Notes: generated by a model not told the origin, from the letters alone. Shown: positions 1 to 10,758, counted from the stretch's first letter. The stretch is 56,792 nt of DNA from Albidovulum sp. (GCA_049663365.1 JBATDH010000177.1:1-56792), one strand, 5' to 3'. Made by a program: numbers and translations.

Positions 1-187
1 GTTGATTGGTGGCAACGGATTGATCGACAAACTGGTAGGCATGGGACTGGTCCCGGAGGATCAGGCGAAGGGCGTGCGGTTGATGATGGGGCTTTTTGCC
101 GTCAAGACCGGCGACGATACCCTGACCTCAAAAATCGAGTTCAAGGAAGATGGCGGCGTTTATGCCAACGGGCAACGCATTCAGTAA
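1..187 (+). CDS. C-terminal fragment of probable DUF2125-family protein (5' truncated)
   Basis: Open frame from the window edge ending ...LIDKLVGMGLVP...GGVYANGQRIQ*, which resembles the DUF2125 C-terminus usually found before pmbA in Rhodobacteraceae (from memory). Confidence 0.6.
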   Translation, partial: LIGGNGLIDKLVGMGLVPEDQAKGVRLMMGLFAVKTGDDTLTSKIEFKEDGGVYANGQRIQ

Positions 188-219
188 CCGTTGCCATTCA
201 TTCTGCTGATTACTTGAAG

Positions 220-251
220 GTAAGGCGGGTTGCGGCCCGCCTTACGTCTTT
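220..251 (+). terminator. Terminator-like hairpin
   Basis: GTAAGGCGGG (220-229) pairs with CCCGCCTTAC (236-245), followed by GTCTTT. Confidence 0.55.
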
Positions 252-325
252 GTCAATGTGAACCCTTGCGCGTTGCCAAAGGCCGCTTTAGGTCCAACGC
301 AAAGAAAGACACGGCAGGACATCTG

Positions 326-1672
326 ATGGCCGACAGGCTGGAAACCCTTACTTCGATGCTTATCGCTGCCGCCCGCGAGGCGGGCGCTGATGCAGCCGAT
401 GCCATGGCGGTGGACGGAACCTCGGTGTCTGTCGATGTCAGAGCGGGAAAGCTGGAACAGGCCGAGCGTTCCGAAGGCATTGAAATCGGGTTGCGGGTAC
501 TTTTGGGGCAGCGTCAGGCCTGCGTTTCGGCCTCGGACATTTCGCATCGTACCATGAGGGAAATGGCCGAACGCGCGGTTGCGATGGCACGCGAGGCACC
601 CGAAGATGACAGTGTCGGGCTCGCCGACCCATCCCAATTCGCCAGCGACTGGGATCTGGCGGCTTTGGATCTTGTCGATCCTTCGCCTGACCCGGAACCG
701 GGAGTTCTGGAGGATGATGCCCTTCGGGCGGAATCCGCGGCTCTGGCTGTGCAGGGGGTCAGCCAGTGTCAGGCGTCATCCGCAGGTTTTGGGTGCCGCA
801 GCCTGCATCTGATGACATCCAACGGATTTTCGGGCGGCTACACGCGCAGTTCCCGCACAATTTCCACCGTTGCCATCAGTGGCGAAGGGCTGACCATGGA
901 ACGTGATTGGGGTGCCGAGAGTCGCACCTATCAATCCGACCTGCCAAGCGCCGAAGAGATCGGTCAACTGGCAGGAACGCGTGCGGCAGAGCGCGCAGGT
1001 GCGCGCAAACCCAAGACGGGCGCTTTTCCGGTGATTTTTGACGAACGCATTGCCGCTGGTCTGATTGGTCATCTGCTTGCGGCCATCAACGGTGCGGCGA
1101 TCACGCGCGGGTCATCCTGGCTTCGCAATGGGCTGGGCGCGCAGGTCCTGCCAGCGGGCCTGTCGATCCTTGAAAACCCGCTGCGCCCACGTGTTTCCGG
1201 GTCGCGCCCTTTTGATGGTGAAGGGTTGGCAACACGGCCCAGGGCGATTGTCGATCACGGTATCCTCACCGGCTGGACGCTTGATCTTGGCACTGCGCGG
1301 CGGCTGGGAATGGCGTCGACGGCATCGGCCTCACGCGGCACCTCTGCGCCGCCGTCGCCGTCGGTATCCAATGTCGCCCTTACGGAAGGCACCCGAAGCA
1401 AAGCCGCGTTACTGGCCGATATGGGCACGGGGCTATTGATCACGTCAATGATCGGCAGTTCGATCAACCCGACGACGGGTGATTATTCGCGCGGCGCCTC
1501 CGGGTTCTGGGTTGAAAACGGCCAGATTAGCTATCCGGTCAACGAATGCACCATTGCCGGCAATCTGCGCGATATGCTGATGCGGATCACGCCGGCCAAT
1601 GATGCACGCAAGCATCTTTCCCATGTGGTCCCAAGCCTGTTGGTCGAAGGTTTGACCCTTGCCGGCGCGTGA
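326..1672 (+). CDS. pmbA: TldD/PmbA family protein (PmbA/TldE)
   Basis: Start MADRLE at 326 after GGAC/AGGA RBS; motifs SRPFDGEG, NPTTGDYSRGASGFWVENG, ECTIAGNL. Confidence 0.9.
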   Translation: MADRLETLTSMLIAAAREAGADAADAMAVDGTSVSVDVRAGKLEQAERSEGIEIGLRVLLGQRQACVSASDISHRTMREMAERAVAMAREAPEDDSVGLADPSQFASDWDLAALDLVDPSPDPEPGVLEDDALRAESAALAVQGVSQCQASSAGFGCRSLHLMTSNGFSGGYTRSSRTISTVAISGEGLTMERDWGAESRTYQSDLPSAEEIGQLAGTRAAERAGARKPKTGAFPVIFDERIAAGLIGHLLAAINGAAITRGSSWLRNGLGAQVLPAGLSILENPLRPRVSGSRPFDGEGLATRPRAIVDHGILTGWTLDLGTARRLGMASTASASRGTSAPPSPSVSNVALTEGTRSKAALLADMGTGLLITSMIGSSINPTTGDYSRGASGFWVENGQISYPVNECTIAGNLRDMLMRITPANDARKHLSHVVPSLLVEGLTLAGA

Positions 1673-2441
1673 CCTTGCCCTGTTGACCGACGCAGCCTAT
1701 GCGGCAGGTGATATTGCCCGTCGGTATTGGCGAAAAAATGCGGAAATCTGGGACAAACCGGGTGACGCGGGCCCTGTGACCGAGGCTGATCTGGCGGTCA
1801 ATGACATGTTGATCAAAAAGCTTGGAAAGGCGCGGCCTGACTATGGTTGGTTGTCAGAGGAAACCCCCGATACGCATTACCGGTTGGGGGCTGCGCGAAC
1901 ATTCATCGTCGACCCTATCGACGGCACCCGCGCCTTCATCGCCGGGGAAAAGACGTTTTCCCATTCGCTGGCGATTGCGGAGCACGGTCAGATTGTCGCC
2001 GCCGTGGTCTATCTGCCGATCTATGACACGCTCTACGCCGCAACGCATGACGGTCCTGCCACATGCAACGGGCAACGAATTACAGCGTCGGTAAAGAGCG
2101 ATGCCAAAGACGCCACACTTTTGACGGCGCGCAGTAGCATGGGGGCAGAGCATTGGGTGAATGCTTCGCCTCCGCCTTTCAAGCGTGAGTTTCGGGCTTC
2201 ACTGGCGTACCGGCTTTGCCTCGTGGCAGAAGGTCGCTATGACGCCATGTTGACCCTGCGCCGGACCTGGGAATGGGACATCGCGGCGGGTGATCTGATT
2301 GCGCGGCAGGCAGGGGCCAAGGTCACTGACCAGGCAGGCGCTGACCTCGTTTACAATGTGGCCGATCCGCGGACACAAGGCGTGATTGCGGCACCCGAAC
2401 TCCTTTGGCAAGTTCTGCAATCGGGCCTGCGTCTACCCTGA
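1659..2441 (+). CDS. Inositol monophosphatase family / CysQ-like bisphosphate nucleotidase
   Basis: PVTEADL, LSEE, IVDPIDGT and WEWDIAAG motifs; TTG start overlaps the pmbA end. Confidence 0.9.
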   Translation: MPARDLALLTDAAYAAGDIARRYWRKNAEIWDKPGDAGPVTEADLAVNDMLIKKLGKARPDYGWLSEETPDTHYRLGAARTFIVDPIDGTRAFIAGEKTFSHSLAIAEHGQIVAAVVYLPIYDTLYAATHDGPATCNGQRITASVKSDAKDATLLTARSSMGAEHWVNASPPPFKREFRASLAYRLCLVAEGRYDAMLTLRRTWEWDIAAGDLIARQAGAKVTDQAGADLVYNVADPRTQGVIAAPELLWQVLQSGLRLP

Positions 2442-2467
2442 GGCCGGTCGGGTAAAGCACTTTGGCG

Positions 2468-3232
2468 CTATTGGGCGTAGCTAGAACCCTCTGCATCAAG
2501 AATAGCCTTGATTTCACGCAGATGTGCATCGCATTGGCCGGGATAGTTTTCCAGCTCACTTGCGGTTTTTTCGGCAACCTCATCGCTCAGAACCCGAAGC
2601 GGGCGACCGGTTTGCAGAGCACGGATATAGGTTTCGGCGGCCCGTTCGAAATAATATAGCCGGTTGAAGGTATCGGCCACGTCGCTGCCGATGATCAGCA
2701 CACCGTGATTGCCCATGATCATCACCCGCACTTTCGGATCGGTCAGCATTCCGGCGCAGCGAGCCCCTTCGCTTTCGAACGCGAGCCCGCCATATTCCTC
2801 ATCGATCACATAGCGGTTGTAAAAGGTTGCACAGTTCTGGTCGATCGGCGGCAGATTGCTGTCGGCAAGACTGGCCAGCACGGTGGCATGGATCGAATGG
2901 ACATGCATCACACAACGGGCATGAGGCACCAGCCGGTGAATCGATCCATGCAGCCCCCAGGCTGTCGGGTCGGGCGCATTTGGCCCTTTCAGCGTGTCGG
3001 GGTTGTTGGCGTCGATCAACAACAGGTCGCTGGCGCGAATACGCTCAAAATGCATCTGGTTGGGGTTCATCAGGAATTGGGTGCCATCTTCGTTGACGGC
3101 CAGTGAAAAATGATTGGCCACCCCTTCATGCATGTTCAGCCGTGCGGTCCAGCGGAATGCGGCGGCCAGATCGATCCGTTCCGGCCAATGGGCCATGTTC
3201 TGTGCGGCGATTTTCCGTTCAACTTGTCCCAT
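2468..3232 (-). CDS. Class II aldolase/adducin family protein
   Basis: NHFS, LHGSIH, MHVHS and MGNHG metal-binding motifs. Confidence 0.88.
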   Translation of the reverse strand: MGQVERKIAAQNMAHWPERIDLAAAFRWTARLNMHEGVANHFSLAVNEDGTQFLMNPNQMHFERIRASDLLLIDANNPDTLKGPNAPDPTAWGLHGSIHRLVPHARCVMHVHSIHATVLASLADSNLPPIDQNCATFYNRYVIDEEYGGLAFESEGARCAGMLTDPKVRVMIMGNHGVLIIGSDVADTFNRLYYFERAAETYIRALQTGRPLRVLSDEVAEKTASELENYPGQCDAHLREIKAILDAEGSSYAQ

Positions 3233-3439
3233 GAAGTGTTGCCTCTGTCCAAATCCACCTTTCGACGTGGTGAAATAATATCAGAAGCCTGTCAGAACCC
3301 GTAGTCTCTTTACGACATCGTGCGTCTTCCTCTGTAACCCCCTGGGTCGTCCGTGCGGTGTGTCCGAGAGCCTCCTTGAGGCAACCCCCACCATAGCTTA
3401 GGGTGGCCCCTGATTGGCCCCCACAACACGGAGCACCCT

Positions 3440-3685
3440 ATGACCCAGCGCCTGCATCTCGTCTTTGGTGGCGAATTGACCGATCCGACCAAGACCTCGT
3501 TCAAAGACCCGTCAGCCATTCATGTCGTGGGGGTCTTTCCCGATTACAAAACTGCGTTCAACGCCTGGAAAGCCGAAGCACAGCGCACGGTTGACGATGC
3601 CCATATGCGGTACTTCATCGCCCATATACATCGGTTGCGCGATGAAGGGGCACCGGCCAGCCCGACCGAGGAACTCGGGCTCTGA
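3440..3685 (+). CDS. DUF4170-family small protein
   Basis: QRLHLVFGGEL...AQRTVDDAHMRYFI signature; GGAG RBS; typical position before waaA-lpxK. Confidence 0.8.
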   Translation: MTQRLHLVFGGELTDPTKTSFKDPSAIHVVGVFPDYKTAFNAWKAEAQRTVDDAHMRYFIAHIHRLRDEGAPASPTEELGL

Positions 3686-3697
3686 TCCGTCGCAACC

Positions 3698-4930
3698 ATG
3701 AAACGCTCGCTCGCCCTTGCGATTTATCTGGTCATGGCCAACCGCCGCAGTAGCGAAACGGTGAGCCGCCCTGTTTCCCGCCCGAAGGGGCAACTGATCT
3801 GGCTTCATGCCGGAGAAGGCGCAACATTGAAAAGCCTTGGGCAGTTGGCGGAACGTCTGGTTCAGGAACCTGGTCGGCCGCAGGTTCTGCTGACTGCCGA
3901 AGGCCAGATTCCGCCCGATCTTGGGGCCATGCCCGACGGTACTCTTGCCGATATCCTGCCGCCCGACCGGATTGATGCCGTTCGCGCGTTTCTGGATTTC
4001 TGGCAACCTGATCTGGCGCTTTTTGCCGGCACAAGCCTGCCGCCTGCGCTGATCGTCGAAACCCATGCCCGCGCGATTCCGCTTATACTGGCGGATGTGA
4101 AGATGACCGATCAGATCGCCGGGCGCTGGCGCTGGCGCAAAGGTATGGCAGCGTCACTATTGGCGCGTTTTACCTATATCCTTGCGCGTGATCAGGACAC
4201 AGCCATGATCCTTGAAAAACTTGGCGGCAAGGGTATCGGTGCAACTGTTGCCGGTCGGATCGAGGAAACCACGGATCCGCTGCTTTGTAGTGAAGTGGAA
4301 CGGAACACACTGGCCCTTCTTCTTCAGGCAAGGCCGGTATGGCTGGCCGTGGGTTGTCTGCAAGCGGAACAGGATGCTGTGCTTGCGGCCCATGCCGACG
4401 CCATGCGCGGGGCACACCGGATGTTGCTCATATTCGCGACGGATAGTGCCGCACAGGCTTCCAATCTGAACGACCGGATGACCCGCGAAGGCTGGATTGT
4501 CGGCCAGCGTAGCCGCGATGAGGAACCTGATCCAGAGGTTCAGCTTTATATCGTTGATACAGAGGGCGAGCTTGGCCTGTGGTACCGGCTTGCCCCGGTG
4601 ACATATATGGGGGGCACCTTGTTTCAGGATGGTGCTGGTCGTAATCCGTTCGAGCCCGCAGCGCTCGGTTCGGCCATCATCCACGGACCGCATACTTCAC
4701 CTTATCCCGATGCCTATGGGCGGTTGCGTGCGGCCCATGCCGCAAGGCTGGTCAACTCTCCGGCAGAGTTGTCCGAGGCGGTCAGTGACCTGATCGCTCC
4801 TGACAAGGCCGCGATACTGGCGCACAATGCCTGGTCGGTATCATCTGGCGGGGCGGAGGTGGCCCAGCGTGTGGTGCGGCGGATTTCCGCGGCGTTGGGC
4901 ACACAGTCTGGCCCCAAGGAGGTGATCTGA
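3698..4930 (+). CDS. Kdo transferase (WaaA/KdtA)-like glycosyltransferase with divergent motifs
   Basis: [36 protein letters not shown]; coupled to lpxK. Confidence 0.8.
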   Translation: MKRSLALAIYLVMANRRSSETVSRPVSRPKGQLIWLHAGEGATLKSLGQLAERLVQEPGRPQVLLTAEGQIPPDLGAMPDGTLADILPPDRIDAVRAFLDFWQPDLALFAGTSLPPALIVETHARAIPLILADVKMTDQIAGRWRWRKGMAASLLARFTYILARDQDTAMILEKLGGKGIGATVAGRIEETTDPLLCSEVERNTLALLLQARPVWLAVGCLQAEQDAVLAAHADAMRGAHRMLLIFATDSAAQASNLNDRMTREGWIVGQRSRDEEPDPEVQLYIVDTEGELGLWYRLAPVTYMGGTLFQDGAGRNPFEPAALGSAIIHGPHTSPYPDAYGRLRAAHAARLVNSPAELSEAVSDLIAPDKAAILAHNAWSVSSGGAEVAQRVVRRISAALGTQSGPKEVI

Positions 4931-5922
4931 TGCGCGCGCCTGGGTTTTGGTACTCGTCGCCGGATAGCCCTGTCTGGCAGGCCCGCGCATTGTGTCCATT
5001 GGGTGCGGTTTACGCGTCGGCGACCGCGCGCCGACTGAAACGCGGCAATGGCTTTCATCCCGGTGTGCCGGTGATCTGTGTGGGCAACATCAATGTCGGC
5101 GGCACCGGTAAAACCCCAACGGTTATCGCCCTCGTTCAGTGTCTGTTGCGGCGGAATCTGGTGGTTCATGTTGTCAGTCGCGGGCATGGCGGGCGTTTGT
5201 CAGGCCCGGTTCAAGTCGATGAGCGAAGCCATAGCGCTGCGGATTGCGGCGATGAGCCATTGCTTTTGGCTGGATTCACGACGGTCTGGGTGGCCCGCAG
5301 TCGCATCGAAGGTGCGCGCGCCGCCGCTGCCGCAGGGGCGCAGGTCATTCTTCTGGATGATGGATTTCAAAACCCAGGCGTCGCCAAGGATTTGTCCATC
5401 GTGGTCGTCGATGCCGCGCGGGGATTTGGCAATGGGTGTTGCCTGCCAGCGGGACCATTGCGCGAACCGGTAGCGACCGGACTGGCGCGCGCCGATCTCC
5501 TGTTGTCGATCGGGAATACCACGGCGCAGGCGGACTTCGTCGGCAAATGGGGCGCTGCAATCACTATCCCGCATGTAACCGGGGTTCTGGAGCCATTGCC
5601 GACGGGTATGGATTGGCACGGCTTGCGCGTATTGGCCTTTGCCGGGATCGGGCATCCAGAGAAGTTCTTTCGCACCCTGCACGATCTCGGGGCAGATATT
5701 GTCCATGCCGAGGCACTGGATGACCATCAGCCATTGACTCCGACGCTTTTGCACCGGCTGGAACGGCAGGCCGATGGTTTGGATGCGCAACTGGTCACGA
5801 CCGAAAAAGATGCCACGCGGTTGCCCGAGAGTTTCCGTTCCAAGGTGCTGACAGTGCCGGTGCGCCTGAAGATCGACGACTGGGCTCCGCTGGACGCGGC
5901 ATTCTGCAAGCTTGGGCTATAG
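4930..5922 (+). CDS. lpxK: Tetraacyldisaccharide 4'-kinase
   Basis: [40 protein letters not shown]. Confidence 0.95.
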   Translation: MRAPGFWYSSPDSPVWQARALCPLGAVYASATARRLKRGNGFHPGVPVICVGNINVGGTGKTPTVIALVQCLLRRNLVVHVVSRGHGGRLSGPVQVDERSHSAADCGDEPLLLAGFTTVWVARSRIEGARAAAAAGAQVILLDDGFQNPGVAKDLSIVVVDAARGFGNGCCLPAGPLREPVATGLARADLLLSIGNTTAQADFVGKWGAAITIPHVTGVLEPLPTGMDWHGLRVLAFAGIGHPEKFFRTLHDLGADIVHAEALDDHQPLTPTLLHRLERQADGLDAQLVTTEKDATRLPESFRSKVLTVPVRLKIDDWAPLDAAFCKLGL

Positions 5923-5927
5923 AATCG

Positions 5928-7058
5928 CTAACCGCGCCCTTTGATGTCAAAATCGTGCTGCCCAAGCTTCGGCGACGCCCGATCAACCGATAGGTCTGCA
6001 TCTGAAAAACGGAAGGGTGATCTGACCCCGGCAATACCCTCGGGGTCGATCCGCAATCCGCGCGCGATGACCTGCGGATCGGCGAACACCTCGGAAAGAT
6101 CGTTGATCGGCCCGGCAGGGACGCCCTCAGCCTCGCAAGCCGCCAACAGGTCAGACTTTTGGAATTGCCGTGTTGCTGCGGACAAGGCCGCGCTTAGTGC
6201 ATCGCGGTTGGCGATCCGGTCGGCGTTGGTCAGGTATTCAGGGGCTTCGGCCAGTGCCTCTAGCCCAAGAATTTTGCACAGACGTCGGTATTGCCCGTCA
6301 TTGCCTGTGGCCAGGATCACCCAGCCATCGGCACAATCGAAAACCGCGTAGGGCACGAGGTTGGGGTGGGCGTTGCCCATCCGCTTCGGTGCCGCGCCCG
6401 AGGCAAGGTAATTCATCGCTTGATTGGCCATGACCGAGGTCGCCACATCCAGCAGCGCCATGTCGATATGCTGACCTCTGCCCGTCTGACTACGCTGTAC
6501 AACCGCCGCCAGAATGGCGGTGGCAGCATAGATGCCGGTAAAGATGTCGGTCACGGCAACGCCCACCTTCTGCGGCTGTCCATCGGGATCGCCGGTCACA
6601 CTCATCAATCCGGACATGCCTTGGATGATATAATCATATCCGGCCCGGTGCGCATAGGGACCATCCTGCCCGAACCCGGTGATCGAGCAATAGATCAACC
6701 GGGGGTTCAGGGCAGCAAGACTGGCATAGTCGAGCCGGTATTTCGCCAGCCCGCCAACCTTGAAATTCTCGATCAGGATGTCGGCGTCCTTGACCAGGTC
6801 GCACACGAATGCCTGGCCTTCGGAGGTGCGGAAATCGGCCGTGACCGATTGCTTGCCCCGGTTGCAGCTATGAAAATAGGCCGCCGACCGGTCGCCATCC
6901 CGGTCGATGAAAGGCGGACCCCAGCGGCGCGTGTCATCGCCCTCGGGTGCCTCGACCTTGATCACTTCGGCCCCAAGATCGGCCAGAGTCTGACCCGCCC
7001 ATGGCCCCGCGAGAATACGCGCCAGTTCGACAACTTTCAGACCGGCCAGTGGCGTCAT
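5928..7058 (-). CDS. CaiB/BaiF family III CoA-transferase
   Basis: LAGPWAGQTLADLGAEVIKVE, NRGKQS, ENFKVG, GYDYIIQ. Confidence 0.93.
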   Translation of the reverse strand: MTPLAGLKVVELARILAGPWAGQTLADLGAEVIKVEAPEGDDTRRWGPPFIDRDGDRSAAYFHSCNRGKQSVTADFRTSEGQAFVCDLVKDADILIENFKVGGLAKYRLDYASLAALNPRLIYCSITGFGQDGPYAHRAGYDYIIQGMSGLMSVTGDPDGQPQKVGVAVTDIFTGIYAATAILAAVVQRSQTGRGQHIDMALLDVATSVMANQAMNYLASGAAPKRMGNAHPNLVPYAVFDCADGWVILATGNDGQYRRLCKILGLEALAEAPEYLTNADRIANRDALSAALSAATRQFQKSDLLAACEAEGVPAGPINDLSEVFADPQVIARGLRIDPEGIAGVRSPFRFSDADLSVDRASPKLGQHDFDIKGRG

Positions 7059-7061
7059 GGC

Positions 7062-7742
7062 CTAATTGGCCAGCTTTTCGTCAAGTATCTTGGCGAATTC
7101 CTCATAGGACATGTTTGAATATTTCTGGCCGTCGATGATGAAGGACGGGGTTCCGGTAATGTCGTCGTTCTTGGCATTGGTCTGGAAGGTCGCGACCATC
7201 GCCTTGGCCATGTCGTTGTCTTTCATGCAGGCATCCAGCGCCTCGCCCGACAATCCGGCCTTCAGGCCGATCTTGCGCAGATTGGTGGAAATACCTGCAT
7301 CTTCCCCTGGGGCCAGCCAGTCATGTTGCGTGTCATAGATCATGTCCGAAATACCAAAGTATTTCTCGGCCCCGCCGCAGCGTGCCACCATCCCCGCCCA
7401 AAGCCCGTATTTGTCGAAATAGACCTCGCGGTAGACAAACCGGACCTTGCCGGTGTCAATGAAATTGGTCTTGAGCTGGCCAAACGCCGTGTCATGAAAA
7501 TGCGCGCAATGCGGGCAGGTAAAGGACGCGTATTCAATGACTTCGATCGGCGCATCGGCCTGACCCAGAACCATATCCGGCACCAATGCGGCCTCGGAGC
7601 TGGTGGTGGCAGTGGCTTCTTGTGCCAGGGCGGCGGTGCTGAGCGATGGCGGCAGATCGGCACCGCGCTGCGTGGCCCAGAAGGTGCCACCGCCAAGAAT
7701 GGCCAACGCGACCGCCGCGACCAAGAGATAGGTTTTAGACAT
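7062..7742 (-). CDS. DsbA-family thiol:disulfide oxidoreductase
   Basis: N-terminal signal/anchor; YASFTCPHC active site; cis-Pro loop GTP. Confidence 0.9.
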   Translation of the reverse strand: MSKTYLLVAAVALAILGGGTFWATQRGADLPPSLSTAALAQEATATTSSEAALVPDMVLGQADAPIEVIEYASFTCPHCAHFHDTAFGQLKTNFIDTGKVRFVYREVYFDKYGLWAGMVARCGGAEKYFGISDMIYDTQHDWLAPGEDAGISTNLRKIGLKAGLSGEALDACMKDNDMAKAMVATFQTNAKNDDITGTPSFIIDGQKYSNMSYEEFAKILDEKLAN

Positions 7743-7745
7743 GGT

Positions 7746-8267
7746 TCAGCCTTTCCTTTTTCCGGGCCGTGATAAGACTTTTTCAGCCAAAGCCGCAAGC
7801 GCAGACCGCAGATCATCGTCATGGACGCCGTCAGACAGGGCCGCAGCGGCCCGCACAAGCGCCGGGTCGGCGGGTGGCTCCGGTTTTGGGGCGTGAGCAA
7901 ACGCTACCTGACCCTCGGAAAATCCGATTGGCGCGGTCTGGGTCACCGAAATTCGAGATATGGCGTTATATCCATAGCAGGCATTGACCTTTTCGCGGAT
8001 GACCGGAAGCTGCATCTGCAAGATCGGCGCCGAAGCCCCGGTGGTCAGCAAGATCAGCGTTGCCCCAAAACCGCCCTTTGAATAGCTGACCTTCACCGGT
8101 CGCGCCATGGCGGCGACTTCCTGACCGACGATCTCCGGCCAATGTGTCAACAAGCGCGATACGGCAAAGCCGCGCGATTCGCCTGCCGCCCGGATCTGGT
8201 CGCGCAACAGGCCCGATGCCGCTTCAAATCCACGTCTGCGACGGGGCTGACCTTGCGTCATGCTCAT
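7746..8267 (-). CDS. DUF721 (DciA-like) protein
   Basis: LLTHWPEIVG, IREKVNACYGYNAI; divergent from mutY as usual. Confidence 0.8.
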   Translation of the reverse strand: MSMTQGQPRRRRGFEAASGLLRDQIRAAGESRGFAVSRLLTHWPEIVGQEVAAMARPVKVSYSKGGFGATLILLTTGASAPILQMQLPVIREKVNACYGYNAISRISVTQTAPIGFSEGQVAFAHAPKPEPPADPALVRAAAALSDGVHDDDLRSALAALAEKVLSRPGKRKG

Positions 8268-8350
8268 CGCTGTCCTTTCATTTCTCGGGCTTTACTCTAT
8301 GCATCCGGGCAGAGCTTGCCCATAGCTATGCCGCCAGGGGAATAACAATA

Positions 8351-9412
8351 ATGCGTGACGAGGAAATCAGTGCGGTCCTGTTGGGCTGGTACGATCGCCA
8401 GGCAAGAATACTGCCCTGGCGCGTGGCCCCTGCCGACCGGATGGCCGGACAAAGCCCCGACCCCTACCGGGTTTGGTTGTCGGAAATCATGCTGCAACAA
8501 ACAACCGTCGCCAGCGTGAGCGGCTATTTCCTGCGCTTCACTGCCCGTTGGCCGGATGTCACATCGCTGGCGGTGGCCGAAGATGCCGAGGTCATGGGCG
8601 AATGGGCCGGGCTTGGCTATTATGCGCGGGCGCGCAACCTGCTGAAATGCGCCCGAAGCGTTGTGCGCGATCACGGTGGTCGCTTTCCCGAAACACGCGA
8701 TGCATTGCTGACCTTGCCGGGCATCGGCCCCTATACTGCCGCCGCCATTGCCGCCATCGCCCATGATGAACCGGCAACCGTCGTGGACGGCAATGTCGAA
8801 CGGGTGATTGCCCGGCTCTTCTGCATCGAAACACCGCTGCCAGCCGCCAAACCGGAATTGGTTGCCCATGCCGCAAGGCTGACACCGCGAAAACGGGCAG
8901 GTGATCATGCCCAGGCGATGATGGATCTGGGAGCGACGATCTGCACACCCCGCGGCCCAGCCTGTGACATCTGCCCCCTTGCCCGTCCCTGCCTTGCCCG
9001 TGCGCGCGCCTGCGCTCGCAATCTGCCCAAGAAGATGGCTAGGCCCGCGAAGCCCACCCGGCATGGTATTGCCTATGTGGCCAAGCGCGCCGACGGCGCA
9101 TTCTTGCTGGAAGAGCGCCCGGACAAGGGGCTGTTGGGGGGCATGCTGGGCTGGCCCGGAACCGACTGGTCTGACCAAACGCCAGTTTCCGCGCCGCCCG
9201 TTCCTGCCGACTGGCAGAGATGCAAGGCCGAGATACGTCACACCTTTACCCATTTCCATCTCTGCCTGACGGTTTACAGCGCACATATTCCAGCCGACAC
9301 GCAACCTCGCTTTGGGCAATTCATCGCTCAAAGCCGGTTCCGCCCGACCGACCTGCCAACGCTGATGCGCAAGGTTTTTGACGCGGCACAGCCGATGCTT
9401 CAAGATGATTGA
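8351..9412 (+). CDS. mutY: A/G-specific adenine glycosylase
   Basis: WLSEIMLQQT, GLGYYARARN, HhH LPGIGPYTA, VDGNV, 4Fe-4S motif CTPRGPACDICPLARPC; start MRDEE at 8351. Confidence 0.95.
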   Translation: MRDEEISAVLLGWYDRQARILPWRVAPADRMAGQSPDPYRVWLSEIMLQQTTVASVSGYFLRFTARWPDVTSLAVAEDAEVMGEWAGLGYYARARNLLKCARSVVRDHGGRFPETRDALLTLPGIGPYTAAAIAAIAHDEPATVVDGNVERVIARLFCIETPLPAAKPELVAHAARLTPRKRAGDHAQAMMDLGATICTPRGPACDICPLARPCLARARACARNLPKKMARPAKPTRHGIAYVAKRADGAFLLEERPDKGLLGGMLGWPGTDWSDQTPVSAPPVPADWQRCKAEIRHTFTHFHLCLTVYSAHIPADTQPRFGQFIAQSRFRPTDLPTLMRKVFDAAQPMLQDD

Positions 9413-9471
9413 GCGACTGGCGACAAGCGGATAGGCTTTCGGCCATCCTGTACCCGTCAGCGGAGCCTCTC

Positions 9472-10608
9472 ATGGCAGCATCTTTGTCGCGCCTCTCTTC
9501 GGCATTGCCTTTCTGGGGATCACTGGTGTTGCCGCCCCTGGCGGCAATCGGCGCCTTGATCGGTGGCTGGACGGTATTCTTGCCACCCCTTTATGCCTGG
9601 CTGCTTGTTTCCATTCTCGACCGGATCGCCGGGCCGAACACATCCAATCCTGAAACCGATACGCCCGAAAAGGATCTTTTCTGGTATCGGCTGATCACGC
9701 TCATATGGTTTCCCTTGCAGGCCTGCACGATCTACGGGCTGATCTGGTATGTGACGCATACCGGGCATCTGGGTCCTTGGGAAAAGATCGTGCTGTTTTT
9801 CGGTGTCGGGGTCATTTCCGGCACGATCGGGATAACTTACGCGCACGAATTGATGCACCGCACGGGACGCGCCGAACGCTGGCTGGGCGATCTGTTGCTG
9901 GCCACAGTGCTTTACAGCCACTTTCGCACCGAACATCTGCTGGTTCACCACCGCTATGTCGCAACACCGCGCGACGGGGTGACCGCGCGCTACAACGAAG
10001 GCTTTCATCGGTTCTTCTTCCGTGTGCTGCGTGGCGGGATCAGTTCGGCCTGGCGGGCCGAAAGACAGCTTCTGGCGCGCGCCGGGCGCGGGCCGCTTCA
10101 CCCCTCAAACCCGTTCTGGCGTTACGGCCTGTTGCAACTGGCCGCCGCCCTTCTGGCCATTGCCCTCGGTGGCTGGATCGGTCTGGCTCTCTTCCTTTGG
10201 CAGGCCTATATTGCTGTCTGGCAACTGGAACTGACGAACTATATTGAACATTATGGTCTGACCCGACGCCATCTGGGCGGCGGCAAATACGAACCTGTTC
10301 AGCCACGCCATAGCTGGAATGCCGATCACAAGGTTTCGAACTGGCTGCTGATCAACCTTCAGCGCCATTCCGACCACCATTTCAGGCCCGACCGGCGGTT
10401 TCCCTTGTTGCAGACCTACAGTGCCGATGACGCACCGCAATTGCCCTACGGCTATCCGGCCATGACGACATTGGCGATGATCCCGCCGCTGTGGCGGCGG
10501 GCGATGAACCCGCGTGTCAGGATCTGGCGGCGGCAATTCTATCCGGATGTGGCCGATTGGTCCGACTACAACAAGGCCCGCTTGCCCTTTCCCAAAGGCG
10601 CAAGCTGA
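9472..10608 (+). CDS. alkB: Alkane 1-monooxygenase (membrane di-iron)
   Basis: His boxes HELMH, EHLLVHH, NYIEHYG, LQRHSDHH; several TM segments; GGAG RBS before ATG 9472. Confidence 0.92.
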   Translation: MAASLSRLSSALPFWGSLVLPPLAAIGALIGGWTVFLPPLYAWLLVSILDRIAGPNTSNPETDTPEKDLFWYRLITLIWFPLQACTIYGLIWYVTHTGHLGPWEKIVLFFGVGVISGTIGITYAHELMHRTGRAERWLGDLLLATVLYSHFRTEHLLVHHRYVATPRDGVTARYNEGFHRFFFRVLRGGISSAWRAERQLLARAGRGPLHPSNPFWRYGLLQLAAALLAIALGGWIGLALFLWQAYIAVWQLELTNYIEHYGLTRRHLGGGKYEPVQPRHSWNADHKVSNWLLINLQRHSDHHFRPDRRFPLLQTYSADDAPQLPYGYPAMTTLAMIPPLWRRAMNPRVRIWRRQFYPDVADWSDYNKARLPFPKGAS

Positions 10609-10614
10609 CCAAAC

Positions 10615-10649
10615 CCGTTTCTTCTTTGCAAAATACTCCCGCCGGAGGC
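10615..10649. repeat. Dispersed intergenic repeat, copy 1
   Basis: CCGTTTCTTCTTTGCAAAATACTCCCGCCGGAGGC; similar copies at 38815 and 45493. Confidence 0.75.
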
Positions 10650-10723
10650 CCGCATCCGCATCTGCGGATGCCAAAAAATAGCGTCGCGCCGCAAGGCGCG
10701 TCCGCCAGATCAGACCCCGCGAT

Positions 10724-10758
10724 AAAAAGCCCCGCCGGGGGTGCGATCCGGCGGGGTT
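10724..10758 (-). terminator. Rho-independent terminator of ccrM
   Basis: Minus strand AACCCCGCCGG-loop-CCGGCGGGGC-TTTTT. Confidence 0.8.

Noticed and set aside
8297..9403. Long antisense or alternate-frame ORFs (also 6291-7118, 10105-10980, 42146-43189, 47203-48252)
   Set aside because: They shadow well-supported genes, lack motifs, and are expected from high-GC codon bias
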